A stretch of DNA of 64,000 nt, taken from assembly GCA_010015585.1 (NCBI GenBank), contig ML975150.1; one strand, given 5' to 3'. Position numbers and translations under genes: made by a program. Shown piece by piece: positions 1 to 11,713 of the stretch. Position 1 is the stretch's first letter. The number at the start of each line of letters is the position of its first letter. A model generated the notes under the pieces. That model was not told where the DNA came from. It was given only the letters and a program-made list of their open reading frames with translations, and searched no databases. Origin of the DNA: Eremomyces bilateralis CBS 781.70. Lineage: Eukaryota.

Positions 1-1039
1 CAACAGGCTTTGAACTTGGAGTCCCTGGCTACTACCTAATCTAAGCACCTTCTACTACCACCTTATCCTCGTCATATTGAACACTCTACTATTACCTAAA
101 GCCTAAAGTCTATCTTCAAGTCTAACCGCTAATCACCCGCCGTCGATCTGCTTGCATAGAGAGTGGAGAAATTGCAGTCCCTCAAATTTTCCTTGGCAAG
201 GTTGCGAATCCTTTGCAATTGGTGTGATCCGCGAGATTAAATAACGGTCGGCATTTTCACGTCCTGATACGGGGGACGACCAGTCAGCCTATTAATGGAA
301 ACGGGAATTGCTGGAGAACATCTTCGCAGATCGTAACGGAAGCTGGAATGTAATTTTGGATCAAAAAGTAGTCAGCCAGCAGAGTATCATGTTGCTTAAA
401 GACTCTTCTATAGATCAATCCTACCATATACGGTGAACCCTCAGCCAGCCAGCGACACGAACGCACTTCAGCTGAAGCAGCCCAAGCCAGGATGATCAGG
501 CGCAACGCAACTGCATGTCAAAAAGTAGGTGTGCGAGCATCCAGTCCAACCGTCACGATAGGGGCATAATTCTTAGAGCGTGTGAATTTTTCACCGAAGC
601 CCAATCATGGAGTTGACGTGTCTGGACTCGAGAATCTAGAGCGATCTGAATGTTCATGAGTCTTCCATTGATTTTTGCATATCCATACACACCATCCAGT
701 CGCGAAAATGAAATATCGATACACATTCCCATCATCCCGATCGAATTCCAGTGGAAATCAGCTCCCTTGTCGCACCAGCATCCCTCGTGCCCGGCGAAGC
801 CATATCCTACTCCCTACTCCCGAAATAGAGTTGTAAAAGTACACACCCTGAAGCAAATTCCATTGCAGGCGAAGACTCAAACGTGCCGCAATGCAGTCCC
901 CTTCTTAGGGAGAAGCGGTCGCTTCCCTCGGTGGACGCTAAACCACGATTGTCAGCCTTAAAAGAAGAACAGACGCCTCCTATGATGGGATCATGGCGGA
1001 ACGTAGGATTGTTCGTTTGCGATCTTGTGCAATTGGAAC

Positions 1040-2465
1040 CTACACTCCCGCCGTCGCTGCCTCCGCCACTCCGTCCAGAACTTCATCGAATTCGTTCTGA
1101 TCGGGGTCGTTGGCGGCGGCCCCCCCCGTGGCGATCGAGTGGCTGACGGGCCCGAGGCGAGCTGTGTCGTCCTCTTCGCCCATGCCATCGACTTCGGGCC
1201 AGAACTGCTCTTCGAGCCAGCACACTTGACGGAACACTTGCTCGCAGCGATCCATCTCCTCCTTGCCGTTGGGGATGTTGGTGGAGTTGGCCAGGTCGTC
1301 CACGAGGGATCGGCAGGCGTCAACGAACTTGCTGAATGCAGGGGAGGTCCAGTTCGGGATGAGGTTCTGGTGCAAGGCCGCGATATGGCTCTCATTGGAT
1401 GGGGTGGAGAGGGTGGTGGTGAACTTGGCGGCATAGAGCCATGCCGTGCGGTAGCACTGTTCATCGTTAGAGTTGTAGTAGGGTAGGGGACCATCATGAC
1501 AATTACTTACATGCTCAGTAGCCCAGAGGACGACCATCCCTTCCAAAAGCGAGGCACTAGGGCTGCTCACGCTATTGAAAAGGTCGAGATATGCTCGAGT
1601 GACCACATTCGGCGGCTCATCCGCTAAATGGATGCTGTACTTGGTCGCCGTGATCTCGAAGAAAGTCATCTCGCGCCGGATGTTGTTCAGCGCGACGATC
1701 AGCAGATCCATCGTCCGATACAACAGATGGAACTGCGAGTTCGGCACGTGCGGCAGCCTCACCTTCGCGATCATCGCACCGATGAGCTGGATGTAGCCGC
1801 GCGTGTAATGTCCATCTTGCACCATCCATTGCGCCAGCGGAGCTGCCGCCAGCGTCCCGCATCCGGCGTGCGATAAGAACGGTGTTTCCGTTCCAGCCTG
1901 GAACGAGATGCGGTTGGAGTTGAGAAGGTGCTGGGTGATTGAAGGCATAGTCGGCGGCGGGACGGACGGCGGAGCGGCGGGCGCGGGCGCGATGGGTTGA
2001 CCTTCGCGGGTTCGCTTGTTCTGATTCGGACCGCGTCGGTGGACTTGGAGATTCGGATTGGGGTGAGTGCCGTTCAGCATCTGGCTGGTGGTGTTCTCAC
2101 CCATAGTCGGCCCGACGGGCGTTCCGTCCACGTTCGCACTCAAATGGGCCGCTGCTTCTGGAGAGTCCAGGTAGGCTTGACATTCTTGCAAATGCTCGAT
2201 TTGACGCGTTGTGTTCTTCGCGCGCACATAGCCGCAGTGGAGACAGCGGACTTTATTGCACTGGAGTCATGGATGATCAGCCCGAATTCTCGAAGGGACG
2301 CAACCGCAGTTGGAGGGATATATAACACGTACCTTTGATGGCGTCGCGCTGTCGTTGAATTCCTAGACGATGAAAAAGGATCGGTTAGTCTCCTTTCGTG
2401 GTGGCGATGCGGTGAATACATACAACGAATGATCGTTGAATATCAGGATTACGATGTCTTCCCAT
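1040..2465 (-). CDS. TenA/THI-4/PQQC (heme-oxygenase-like) family protein with N-terminal BED-like zinc finger
   Basis: Hand-spliced model: MGRHRNPDIQRSFV | EFNDSATPSK | CNKVRCLHCGYVRAKNTTRQIEHLQEC..., with GTATGT and GTACGT donors. The C-terminal domain has TenA-like motifs (T-ETPFLSHAG-G-L...QWMVQDGHY; LWATEH/CYRTAW; IPNWTSPAF; LEEQFW). A further 54-nt intron lies at 1457-1510. Confidence 0.8.
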
Positions 2466-4406
2466 GACGACAGTAACCATCTGGAACAAGCTCTAAATAG
2501 CTGTAACGAAGGGTAGTAAAGAGGTTGGATGATCGCAGCTAGCGTATCTTACAGGTTTACGAAGATGCTCATTACATGTACCGTCAGGATTCAAGTGGAG
2601 AAGAAGAGGAAGGTGTCCTGAGGGAAAATAACCGTGCACGGGCCTCGGCGATGGTAGCGCTAGATGACTAATCTCCCCAGATTGCAATGGTGCTCGGCAG
2701 TTGGGGTAATTAGAGGGAGCACTGAGCACTCGTTCTTTGACTTTTTATGAAGTTCTGATACAATTGATATTGCATGACAAACACATCTACTGCTCCATAC
2801 ATCCTGATAGCTTGATTCTTGACTCTCCTGTTGAGGTTGGAAGGTACGCTGGCAGTTCGTAACACGGTCTAGGTGGGTTGGAGGCAGGAGCGACACAGGT
2901 CGTTTCCATTGCAGTATACTGCACCGACGTAGTAAGAACACAGCAGCGATGAGATTGAGAGCGCGATCAAGCGAAATAATAGCACTGGACACTGACACAG
3001 GCTCTACTGTATGCACGACTCTGGGTCGCTCAAGATCGACTTGTGGGCACAGGTTCCATGCTATGTTGAAAAGATCAAAAGATGGTTGGTCTAAGGATTT
3101 AGGAAACCGGATACAAACATGATTACAGTACAATCATAGCAGTAAGATTAGCATACGTGGTTCTGCATCCAGCCGATTCATACAGAACACATCCTGTTGC
3201 TTACAAGTTACACCATGCTAATGTGATCGGCAGGCTGTGAGGATTCCAACTCTCAAACTTTCATCGACTATGACCTTAGAATCCTTGTATTCGGTAGCTC
3301 TTTTCCAAGGCGTTAATATTCTGCCTTTCTGGTCTATTCGGATCAAACTTCGAAGCCATCCTCAATCCTCCTAATTATCTCCCCTCGCAATTTCCATGAC
3401 TTGACGAATGCAAGGATGGCTAGAACCGAAACAAAGGTTTTCATCCACTTTGCCCGACGACTCAGGTTCCTTGACAAATTTGAAATCCTCCACTCGATGA
3501 CTTGAGAAGCAAATAACAATGCGCTGCTGGGAAAAGCCATCATGACTTCATGAGAGTCAGCCATGATGTTCTCTTTCAACGATGGTAGGCGCTTTGCCAG
3601 AAATTCGAGAGTGCCTGACCATCCATGATGAAATGGCTCAATTTTGTCAAGAGATGGTGGTTAATCTTCGCTATACAAACAGCGCCAGTCTCGCTGGTGC
3701 TGCCTTTTCCAGTCTTTGTCAAATGTTGAAAGAGCTATGATACCAGACTGGTCTGTGGCTTGCGAAGGAGCTGTGGGTGAGTTCAAGTTGGCCTAGTATA
3801 AAATTCCCCGCGAGCGAAGAGACGAACAAAGAATGGTTGCAGCTCATGATTCGTACAACCGTCATGCCGTCACTTCCTATTCCTATACTCATTTCCCTCC
3901 GCCTACCACGTCAACTTCATTTTACTACAACACAATAGCTCTGGCTTGTGGGAGTCGTGACACAACCTATAGCCTGCAGATCCCCCCTTGCAGCAGACGT
4001 TTCAAGTTTCAACTGCTGAGAAGGATTTAAACAAAAGAACTATAGAAAGCATGGGAAATCTTGCGCTCCCCGCTCGCCACAATGGGATTGAAGGGTGGTG
4101 TGCATTGGCGCGAAGAACAGCCTTCAGACTCCAATTCAGGACATTCGCATCTGATGGATCGGGTATCAGGAATCGGGAATCAGGATCAGACGCCCCACCA
4201 CCAGTGCGTCCAACTCTGGCTATCTGCAATTTCCACTGTCCTAAGAAGGAAATGCAGAAGTCCTTGTTCAGTATGGTTGAAATGTCAACATAAATACCGC
4301 TGCTTGTCTTTTCACAACATAGCCACCATTCGTGGGTGCGTCACTCTTTTACTTTATCTTCACTTACTCGTCCTCAGGAAGGACAACCTTTACATTACTC
4401 TTCAAC

Positions 4407-5265
4407 ATGTACTCTCTGCTCCCCCTCTTACTTTCTTTGCCGCTTGCCTCTGCGTTTTGGCAGCCAGAGTCCGGGACGCGTTGGCAAATCGTCCTCTCCC
4501 AACCGCTCACAGTGAATTCCAACCCCGTCGTGCCTGATGTGCCTGTCTATGACATTGACATGTTCATCAACTCCGCGGAGACCATAGGCAAACTTCATGA
4601 GCAGGGCAAGAAGGTCATCTGCTACTTCAGTGCTGGCACATTCGAACCATACGTGCCAGATGCAGCTGATTTCAACCCTGAAGATATGGGTGATATTCTG
4701 GATGACTGGCCAGATGAGAGGTGGTTAAACGTTGGCAGTAGCAACGTGAGGGATATCATGGTGAAGCGCATTGTCATCGCCAAGGAGAAAGGGTGTGATG
4801 CGATCGACCCGGATAACATGGATGGCTATGTGCGCTTCTAACCCTTTCCCTATCTTTGCACAATCCCTGGCTAATACACTGTAGGAGGCCGATGGTGGTG
4901 GTATTGGCCTCAAGAAGAAAGATTCGATCGATTACTTCAAGTTCCTGGCGACCGAGGCTGCGAAGCTAGACTTGAGCATCGGACTCAAGAACTCCATAGG
5001 CATGATTGACGATGTCCTCCCCTCCGCTCAATTCGCCGTCAATGAGCAGTGCTCCGAGTGGGACGAATGCGGCGATTACTCTCCCTTCGTCGATGCCAAG
5101 AAGCCAGTTTTCCATATCGAATATCCCAACGAGAGCTCAAGTAGAGCGTCGGGGCGCAGTTCTGGATTGACTTGCGATGGGGAAGGTCTCAGCACAGTCT
5201 TGAAAAATATGGACTTGGATGGCTGGGTACAGTACTGTGATGGCTATGGGACAATCACATCTTGA
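4407..5265 (+). CDS. Secreted glycoside hydrolase family 114 (endo-alpha-1,4-polygalactosaminidase-like)
   Basis: Signal peptide MYSLLPLLLSLPLASA. Motifs WQIVL, YDIDMF, VICYFSAG, WPDERWL, KGCDAIDPDNMDGY, IGLKNS, FAVNEQC, KPVFHIEY. One intron at about 4830-4884. Confidence 0.9.
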
Positions 5266-5597
5266 ATGACGTGTTCATAAGCATTGCTTGTTAAATATGG
5301 TTTAGATCATGCTTTTGTCGCGTCTGGTGTCTCTGGTCAGCATGGGCTGTGCGTTGATACACATAGAGTGCTCAGGAAGCAACTCGAATGTTTTGTATAT
5401 GAATATATTCTTTCAGATACAATCCCCTCAACCTTCGTCGCGCTATGAGGATATCCTTGCCTATCCACAGGTAGGATACACGCACGTGGCTAACGTTGCA
5501 ATATCTCAACCAACATGAGTTTAAACACTGTGAAATATAAATGATGCTATCTAGGACGCTTAAATTTATGTCTAACAGATTCTAGGAGGTTTTCGCC

Positions 5598-6750
5598 TTA
5601 AAAATCTCCAATCAGCTGTCCCTCTGCGTCTATCACGGCCTGGAGCCATTCAGGCATAGAATCAATGCGGGAATTGATCCAAACCTGGTTAATACCGTCC
5701 TATCCCTCTTTTAGGAGCTCCTGCGTCTCATCGGGCTCACAATGGGTATATTTACGTACATGTTGTTTCATTGGTTGGAAACAGTTCTCGATGATCGCGA
5801 GATCCAGAGATGAGGCGCAGTTGAAGTAGTGTTTCAGACCGTTTTGAGCCTTCCATTCCTTCAACGATATTTCCCTTACTCCATGAGGGCCCATGGCCAG
5901 AGACTTGGTCCTCTTCTAATACGAAATCGTGACCGTTCTGGATCCAAGGTTTGACAATGGGATCCAGGATAGAATCGATATACTCGCGTTGGGTCATCTT
6001 GCCTATTGCTCGGTATATTGTATGTTATAAGGTCCGATTTGAAGTCGTACCCTGCTGCCCCCCAAACGTGTACCTTCTTTTTAGCGTCTTCCTTACTTCT
6101 CCTTCGCGTTGTACACATTTGGGGCAATACCGTTCGCCCTTTCGTCGAATGATTACCAACTTTCCCTGCGGACCGTGCCCGGCGCGGGACTCGTCGCTAA
6201 AACGGACTTTCCGCCAGGTATACTTGGTAGGATACCGGGCCTTCATCAAAGTAGCCCAATCGACTCGTTTTTTGGTTGGTTTTGAGAAAATCCACGCCTT
6301 GTTACATGCGACGCATCTGCGGTAATCTTTCGTGCCCATAGCCCGTTCAATCGTACGCCCGGATACATATAGACCAGCCTCATACCCTAAGGCTTCCCAA
6401 GACATAGTCCTTCCGTAGACATCTTGTTCTTCAAGGATCCTTTCCATCTCATAGATATCCTTGGTTTCGACGAGCAGGGGACGGCTTCTTGGGTCCTCGC
6501 CGGGCTCAAAATGACGTCGATCACGGTTATTTTCACTTATCAGGCGTGTTCCAGACCGGTATGGAACGCCAAAGTGTTGGTAAACCTTGCACTTAGTCCG
6601 TAATGGATCAAATCCATACTGTTTTCTGAGGGCCTGATTGAACCCTACAGCGCCCTGGATCCGGTCCCTTTCGGGGGAACCGTAGGCTCTTTGAACATTA
6701 TCTCGGTTTGCAGCATACCGTTGAATATGATTACGGGTAGAAACCACCAT
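5598..6750 (-). mobile_element. Degenerate Tc1/mariner-superfamily (DDE) transposase
   Basis: Motifs spread over shifted frames: WRKVRFSDES, VHVWGAAGY, MTQREYIDSIL, FVLEEDQ-SGHG, SLDLAIIENCF, INSRIDSMPEWLQAVIDAEG. About three frameshifts and one in-frame TAG. TIRs not identified. Confidence 0.88.
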
Positions 6751-7153
6751 ATTTAATGAATGGCGTTGATCAAGGCATCTTTTCGGCTAGATATCAAATT
6801 TGGTCTATGGGGGCGGGTCTACTTCGGCAAAGTGGTGGGCCGCGAAATCTGTCACCCCCGCGTGCTAGGGTAGGTCCTTAGCCCAATCACGCGACCTACT
6901 TACAAATGTGGTTAGATAAACAAATGTTACCAAATTCCATGGAGCTTCATATCCAACTTGACCGTTTGTATAGAAACAGCACCACCCCTTCCCGGTGTAC
7001 TACTAACTACCTCTGGCCTTGGTGTCGTTGGTTCGTAAACTTCGATCGTGCAAGAATTATCGTGCAAGTATAAGGAAATCAATAAGGAAATACATCTATC
7101 TCTCATCATCGGCGACCTTGTCATCCACGGTGGACTCGGCCAAGTCGTGAAGA

Positions 7154-9807
7154 ATGCTTTTTGCCGACACCTACCGGCGTTACAAGGCGGATACTAATGC
7201 CATTGCACAATGGCTTGCCTCAACAGCAAAGAAATTCGGCTTCCCTACGGACTCTCTTCAAGGTCCCAAAGCTGCCAACCTTCCAGCACAGCAAAGTCAA
7301 CGCCTGAAAGGAAAGGCTCGGAAGTTGGCCAAGGAGGCTGCGGCCAGAGCACCGCCAAGTTCGGTGCCTTCTCTCCAAATACCTAAGTACATTATCGGGG
7401 TGAAGGATTTCGTAACACTAGCGGAGTTCCTGGCCGCAAAGAAGGACATCACGGTTCCCGTGGACGTAATAGCGTCAATCGATCGGGCGATATTCTTGCG
7501 GAAGACTTACAGCGACCACCATGCTCTACAGTCCCACTTAGACAATGCCGACGACACGAAGAGCGATCAAGGCCATCTCTACTTTCTTGGGGTTCTTGAA
7601 AAGGTGCTGGAAGTACTCAAACCGCGGCTACCACATGAGGCGACTCTAGACCGTGCCGCATCAGTCGCAACTGGTGTGGATGGCAATCAAACCCTGTTCG
7701 AAAATATGTTTGCGGCTTTGAAAGTTGAAGAGCCATCAGAAGAGTTTCTCAATGCCCCGGCAGCGAAGCCCAGTGTCCGTGCCGATCCGCCGATGGATGA
7801 AGTTTACGAAGTTGAGCCCATCGACGATCCGCTCGAGCTTTATCTTGGAATTGCGGCACTGCTCCAAGATCTTTCGGCGATTCGAAGCGCAATCAAGCGA
7901 ACCTGGCTTTCATACTCCCAGGGTGCAACGACGCTGGTTCCGTCGGCGGTCACCACGAACATTGCGATCCAAATGGCGCGACAACTGGAAGAGCAGTTCT
8001 TGAAGGATCATCCCTCCGAAAAAGACACCGCCCATGCGAGAAGCACATTCTTCGGAATACAATGCCTCCTGCAGGGGCAGGACCCGAGCAAGCGTGTGCG
8101 ATCTGGTGACCCCACCAATCTAACCCTCTATGATCTTGTTGAGGTGTCTCTGATGAGCTCTCACATCCTCCTTTCCTCTTTTGGGGATGTCCTGCGGAGT
8201 AACCCTCTTCCAGTGTTCAAGTCAGGATACTTTGGAGTCTACAATCCGTCCCAAGACCGAGATGAGTTGCCTGGGCCGGGTAAATTTGATGAGGACAAGA
8301 TCATTCTTCTTGAAATTCTGGGTGACATCGTTCTTTTCAATCATATGCATTGGAAAATTGGCCTACCGGCCTGTGACGAACTCACGAAATCTGTCGTTGC
8401 TTTCAAGGTGCAAGGCCGTCATACGCTAGCATTAGACTTTGCAGCACAGCTTCATTTAGATATCCACCATGTCCTTCGCGAACGAGTCAGCATGGCTTGG
8501 GACAATCTCCGCCAGTACTCGTCCAACAGCAGAGCGACTTTAGACCTGAACCTGTCGTTCCATGATAAGCTTAGGGTAGAGACATGGCCGAGAGAAAATG
8601 ACATGGTCATGAGAGGAATCATCGAAAAAGTTGGGCGTTGGGTTGACAGTGACATGTTCGAAGAGAGGAAGGTGAAATTGGTAAGGCAAGCCGTTGGGCA
8701 TATTACATTCGGTCACAAGATGCTGACACGCTTTTAGATGGTCGACTCTGGTGTGGTAAGCTTAGTACTGCCTGATCGATATAGCAATGGTCTCTACTGT
8801 ACACTCACTATCAACAGACTCCTGAACCAAGCATACCGCACCGTTTCTACCGCAGTCATCCATGGCTCTGCGGCTCGCTACTCTTCGGCTTGAAACTCAA
8901 TATGCAAGAAGTCGGTATCACATTTGCCAACGCCTGGGGCTCCATCAAAACATCCGCACAAATCTACAATGCAGCACGAAAAGAGAACCTCTTGAACAAG
9001 AATTGGGATGACATGGAGCTTACCGTGATGCTGCACAGCGAACCTCAAATTTTCGTGGGCGCCGCGCCGAGGAATGTTGAAGAGTACTTCAAACGATTCT
9101 GTCTCTCCATGGGATATTCGGCACAGAACTTTGCAAAAGGCGGCAGAAGGCAGAAATCCGCTGGCATTGCGTCCAAAACCGGTCCGCGTGGAAGTCTCGA
9201 AGCGAAGTTGATGACTCCCGTCGCCCATGAGCTGCGGTTTGGCTACACAGATATGTACGAGCCGTCCGGGAAGAACGCTTCGAGTCTGGAGACTGTCCTG
9301 GAAAAATGCATTGATCATGTGGAAGCCGATGACGACGAGAGTGATGGCGTCCCTAGCAGAGACGCTCTACACCGCGCATTGAACGAGCGATCTCAGGAGA
9401 AGAAGTTACATACGTCCCCCGAGGCACTGCTCCTGATCTCCGATGCCCTTTTGGCAGAGGAACTCGCGCTAACCTTTGATCACTTTCGCATGCACCGTAC
9501 CGCATGGCGGGTGCTCCGCGCGATCAATGAAAGACTTGCAGACGAGCTCAGACAATTGTATGGCCCAGGGTATCTCGAGAAAGAGAACCAGCTTCCGTTT
9601 GTTGTCGGCTACATCTTTATGACCGCAATCCAAACGAAGCAGATGGGAGGTCTTCTGTTGCCGAAGAAAAAAGACGTTGTCAGCTCCAACGCGCTGAGGC
9701 AGGCAGCTGATGTGCTAGAGGGTATGATCGACAGTGCACCAATGGGGGATTTGGAGATAAAGATTCTTCGGGAGCAATATGGTATGGAGATCGAAGTGGA
9801 GGGGTAA
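7154..9807 (+). CDS. Conserved fungal hypothetical protein (DUF6604-like)
   Basis: ORFs of 527 and 305 aa join in frame through introns 8681-8737 and 8756-8817 around an 18-nt exon. The N-terminus YRRYKADTNAIAQWLA and RLKGKARK resemble DUF6604 proteins as I recall them. Confidence 0.75.
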
Positions 9808-10002
9808 GCACACGGGATTTACAGTGCCTGTCACTAGCCACCGTGCACTTGGTACAATGTAGAATGGCTGAGTTACACTCAGCCACTGGGCTGTCGTATG
9901 GAAAATTGAATTGCTTAGGATATGTCGCAAATCACATCGGAGCCATATGCATTCGTTCATTCACTGACGGAGGTTTGAATTGGACTAGATAGAAGATAAC
10001 GT

Positions 10003-11267
10003 CTATTCCATATCCTCCTCCTCCTGATCCAACCCATCAACGCCCCATGCTAGAATAGCAGCAACACCACCCAATGCCTCCAACCTCCGTCCCACCTCAT
10101 GCGCGCTGCTTACAACTCTGCATTCCGCTCCCTGCTCCCTACAACCTTCCACCAGCACCACCCATCGTTTCCGCTCCGCGACCTCGGACGCGCGAAATAG
10201 CCGGTCGCTCACCAGCAGCACGCTGCCATGCGCGATGACGCCCTGCGCAAATGCCTTGAAAATCGGCACCGCGCCGTACCACGCGCGATTGTCATCGTCG
10301 CGTAGGTGCTTGTGGAGCTTATCGAGCGCGGCGGCGTCGCCGGCGCTCCGCGTGGTGTCGAGCGCTTTCTTGAGTGCGGGGGAGGAAATGAGAGAGGGGA
10401 TGGATGAGGGCGAGGCATTGTTGCTGTGGGCGAGATGGATTGAGGGGATGTAGGAGTTCAGAACTTTGCCGGAAACGGGGATTGCGTCGGAGTTGGGGTC
10501 GGTGGCACTAGATGCGGATGCGGGGGCGGATGCGGCGGCGGTCTTGATATAGGCCAGGAAGTTCTGCGCCGCGAATCCCGGGGAAGCGATGAGTAGAGGA
10601 GGTCGTGGTTCAGTCGTTAGGTCTAGATGCCGTAGCAGTGTTTGTAGAAGGGTGCGATGGAATCTCAGCATGGCGGAATCGTAGCCGCCATCTCGCCCAC
10701 CGCCCCTTTTCTTTGGCAATGGTACTTCCACCCGTTGCCGAATGACGGTCTGGAATTCCGTCACGAGACAGATGTTCGCGTAGCCTTCTCGCATTAGGAC
10801 TGCCCATAGTGACGCTCGGGAAGTGGCATCAAGGGCGGTGCGGAGCGTTTCGATCGCAATCGCATCCCACGAAGGCTTTTCAAGCGCAAACTGGCGGCTG
10901 AGCTCGAGGTCTAGCGTATGGAAACTGCCTAGCCCCGCGAAGTCATTGGCTTCCGCGATCTGGCCCGATACGCGGAGGTGGGACGACCCCGAGTCAAAGT
11001 CGGTGGACGTCACCCTTATCGTGAGTTTGGTGAGCACGCGGCTGGATTGGTTGCTGCCGTCCGAGGTCTCCTTGACGACTCGCCGGACGGTGGATGCTCG
11101 GACGATGTCTTTGTTTTGAATCAAATTATAGATATGCCACTGAAGAAGAGTCAGAAATGCGTGGCTTTGCACGCGATGATCCTCACCATATCCTCTGGTT
11201 CTTCGGGTATCAATGTGACCGAACCCGTTTGGTCCTTGCTCTCGATGTTCTGCTTGACGAGCTTCAT
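10003..11267 (-). CDS. DOM34: Pelota/Dom34 ribosome rescue factor (eRF1 domains)
   Basis: Exon 1 MKLVKQNIESKDQTGSVTLIPEEPEDM, intron at about 11140-11186, then WHIYNLIQ..D-VRAST-RRV, GSFHTLDLE, ASPGF, RAWYG, LGGVAAIL. Confidence 0.93.
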
Positions 11268-11713
11268 GTTGAAGAGCTAGATTCGGTAAATTTGATTCAA
11301 ATTTCTCAAAGTCCTAGCCAGTCCATTAATATTCCTAGCTCTTTCAGATGTTGACTGTTTGATTAATATGGAATATTTGGACAATTCACTAGCCCAGCGG
11401 ATGACGATGCGTGATGCTGATGATCTGGCAAGGCATCAAGTGTTTATGCCTCAGGGATCTAACTGTAAATTCTACCCAACCACCGCGAGTCCATGACAAC
11501 GACATGGACTGCCAGCTGCATGAGGAACAATATGGAGGATGATGAACGTATCAACGTGGACATTACTTCCATATATAAATTTCAAGTCCGTTAACTCAGG
11601 GAATTGATATCTCCGCAAATGCGATTCTGTCCCATTTAACCAGTGTGATTTCGAAGAGAGCGTCCGAAATCTGTTAGCAAAATTCTCTTACAGGAAACAA
11701 GCAGCTGCAGATC

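Noticed and set aside
1040..2700. TPP riboswitch associated with the TenA-like gene
   Set aside because: No TPP aptamer core (CTGAGA...CTGAT...TAAT.CC.GCG.AGG-like) seen in the introns or leader.
5550..6935. Terminal inverted repeats of the transposon (TTTATGTCTAAC near 5565 versus GTTAGATAAAC near 6911)
   Set aside because: Only a short imperfect match, with no convincing TIR pair or TA target duplication.
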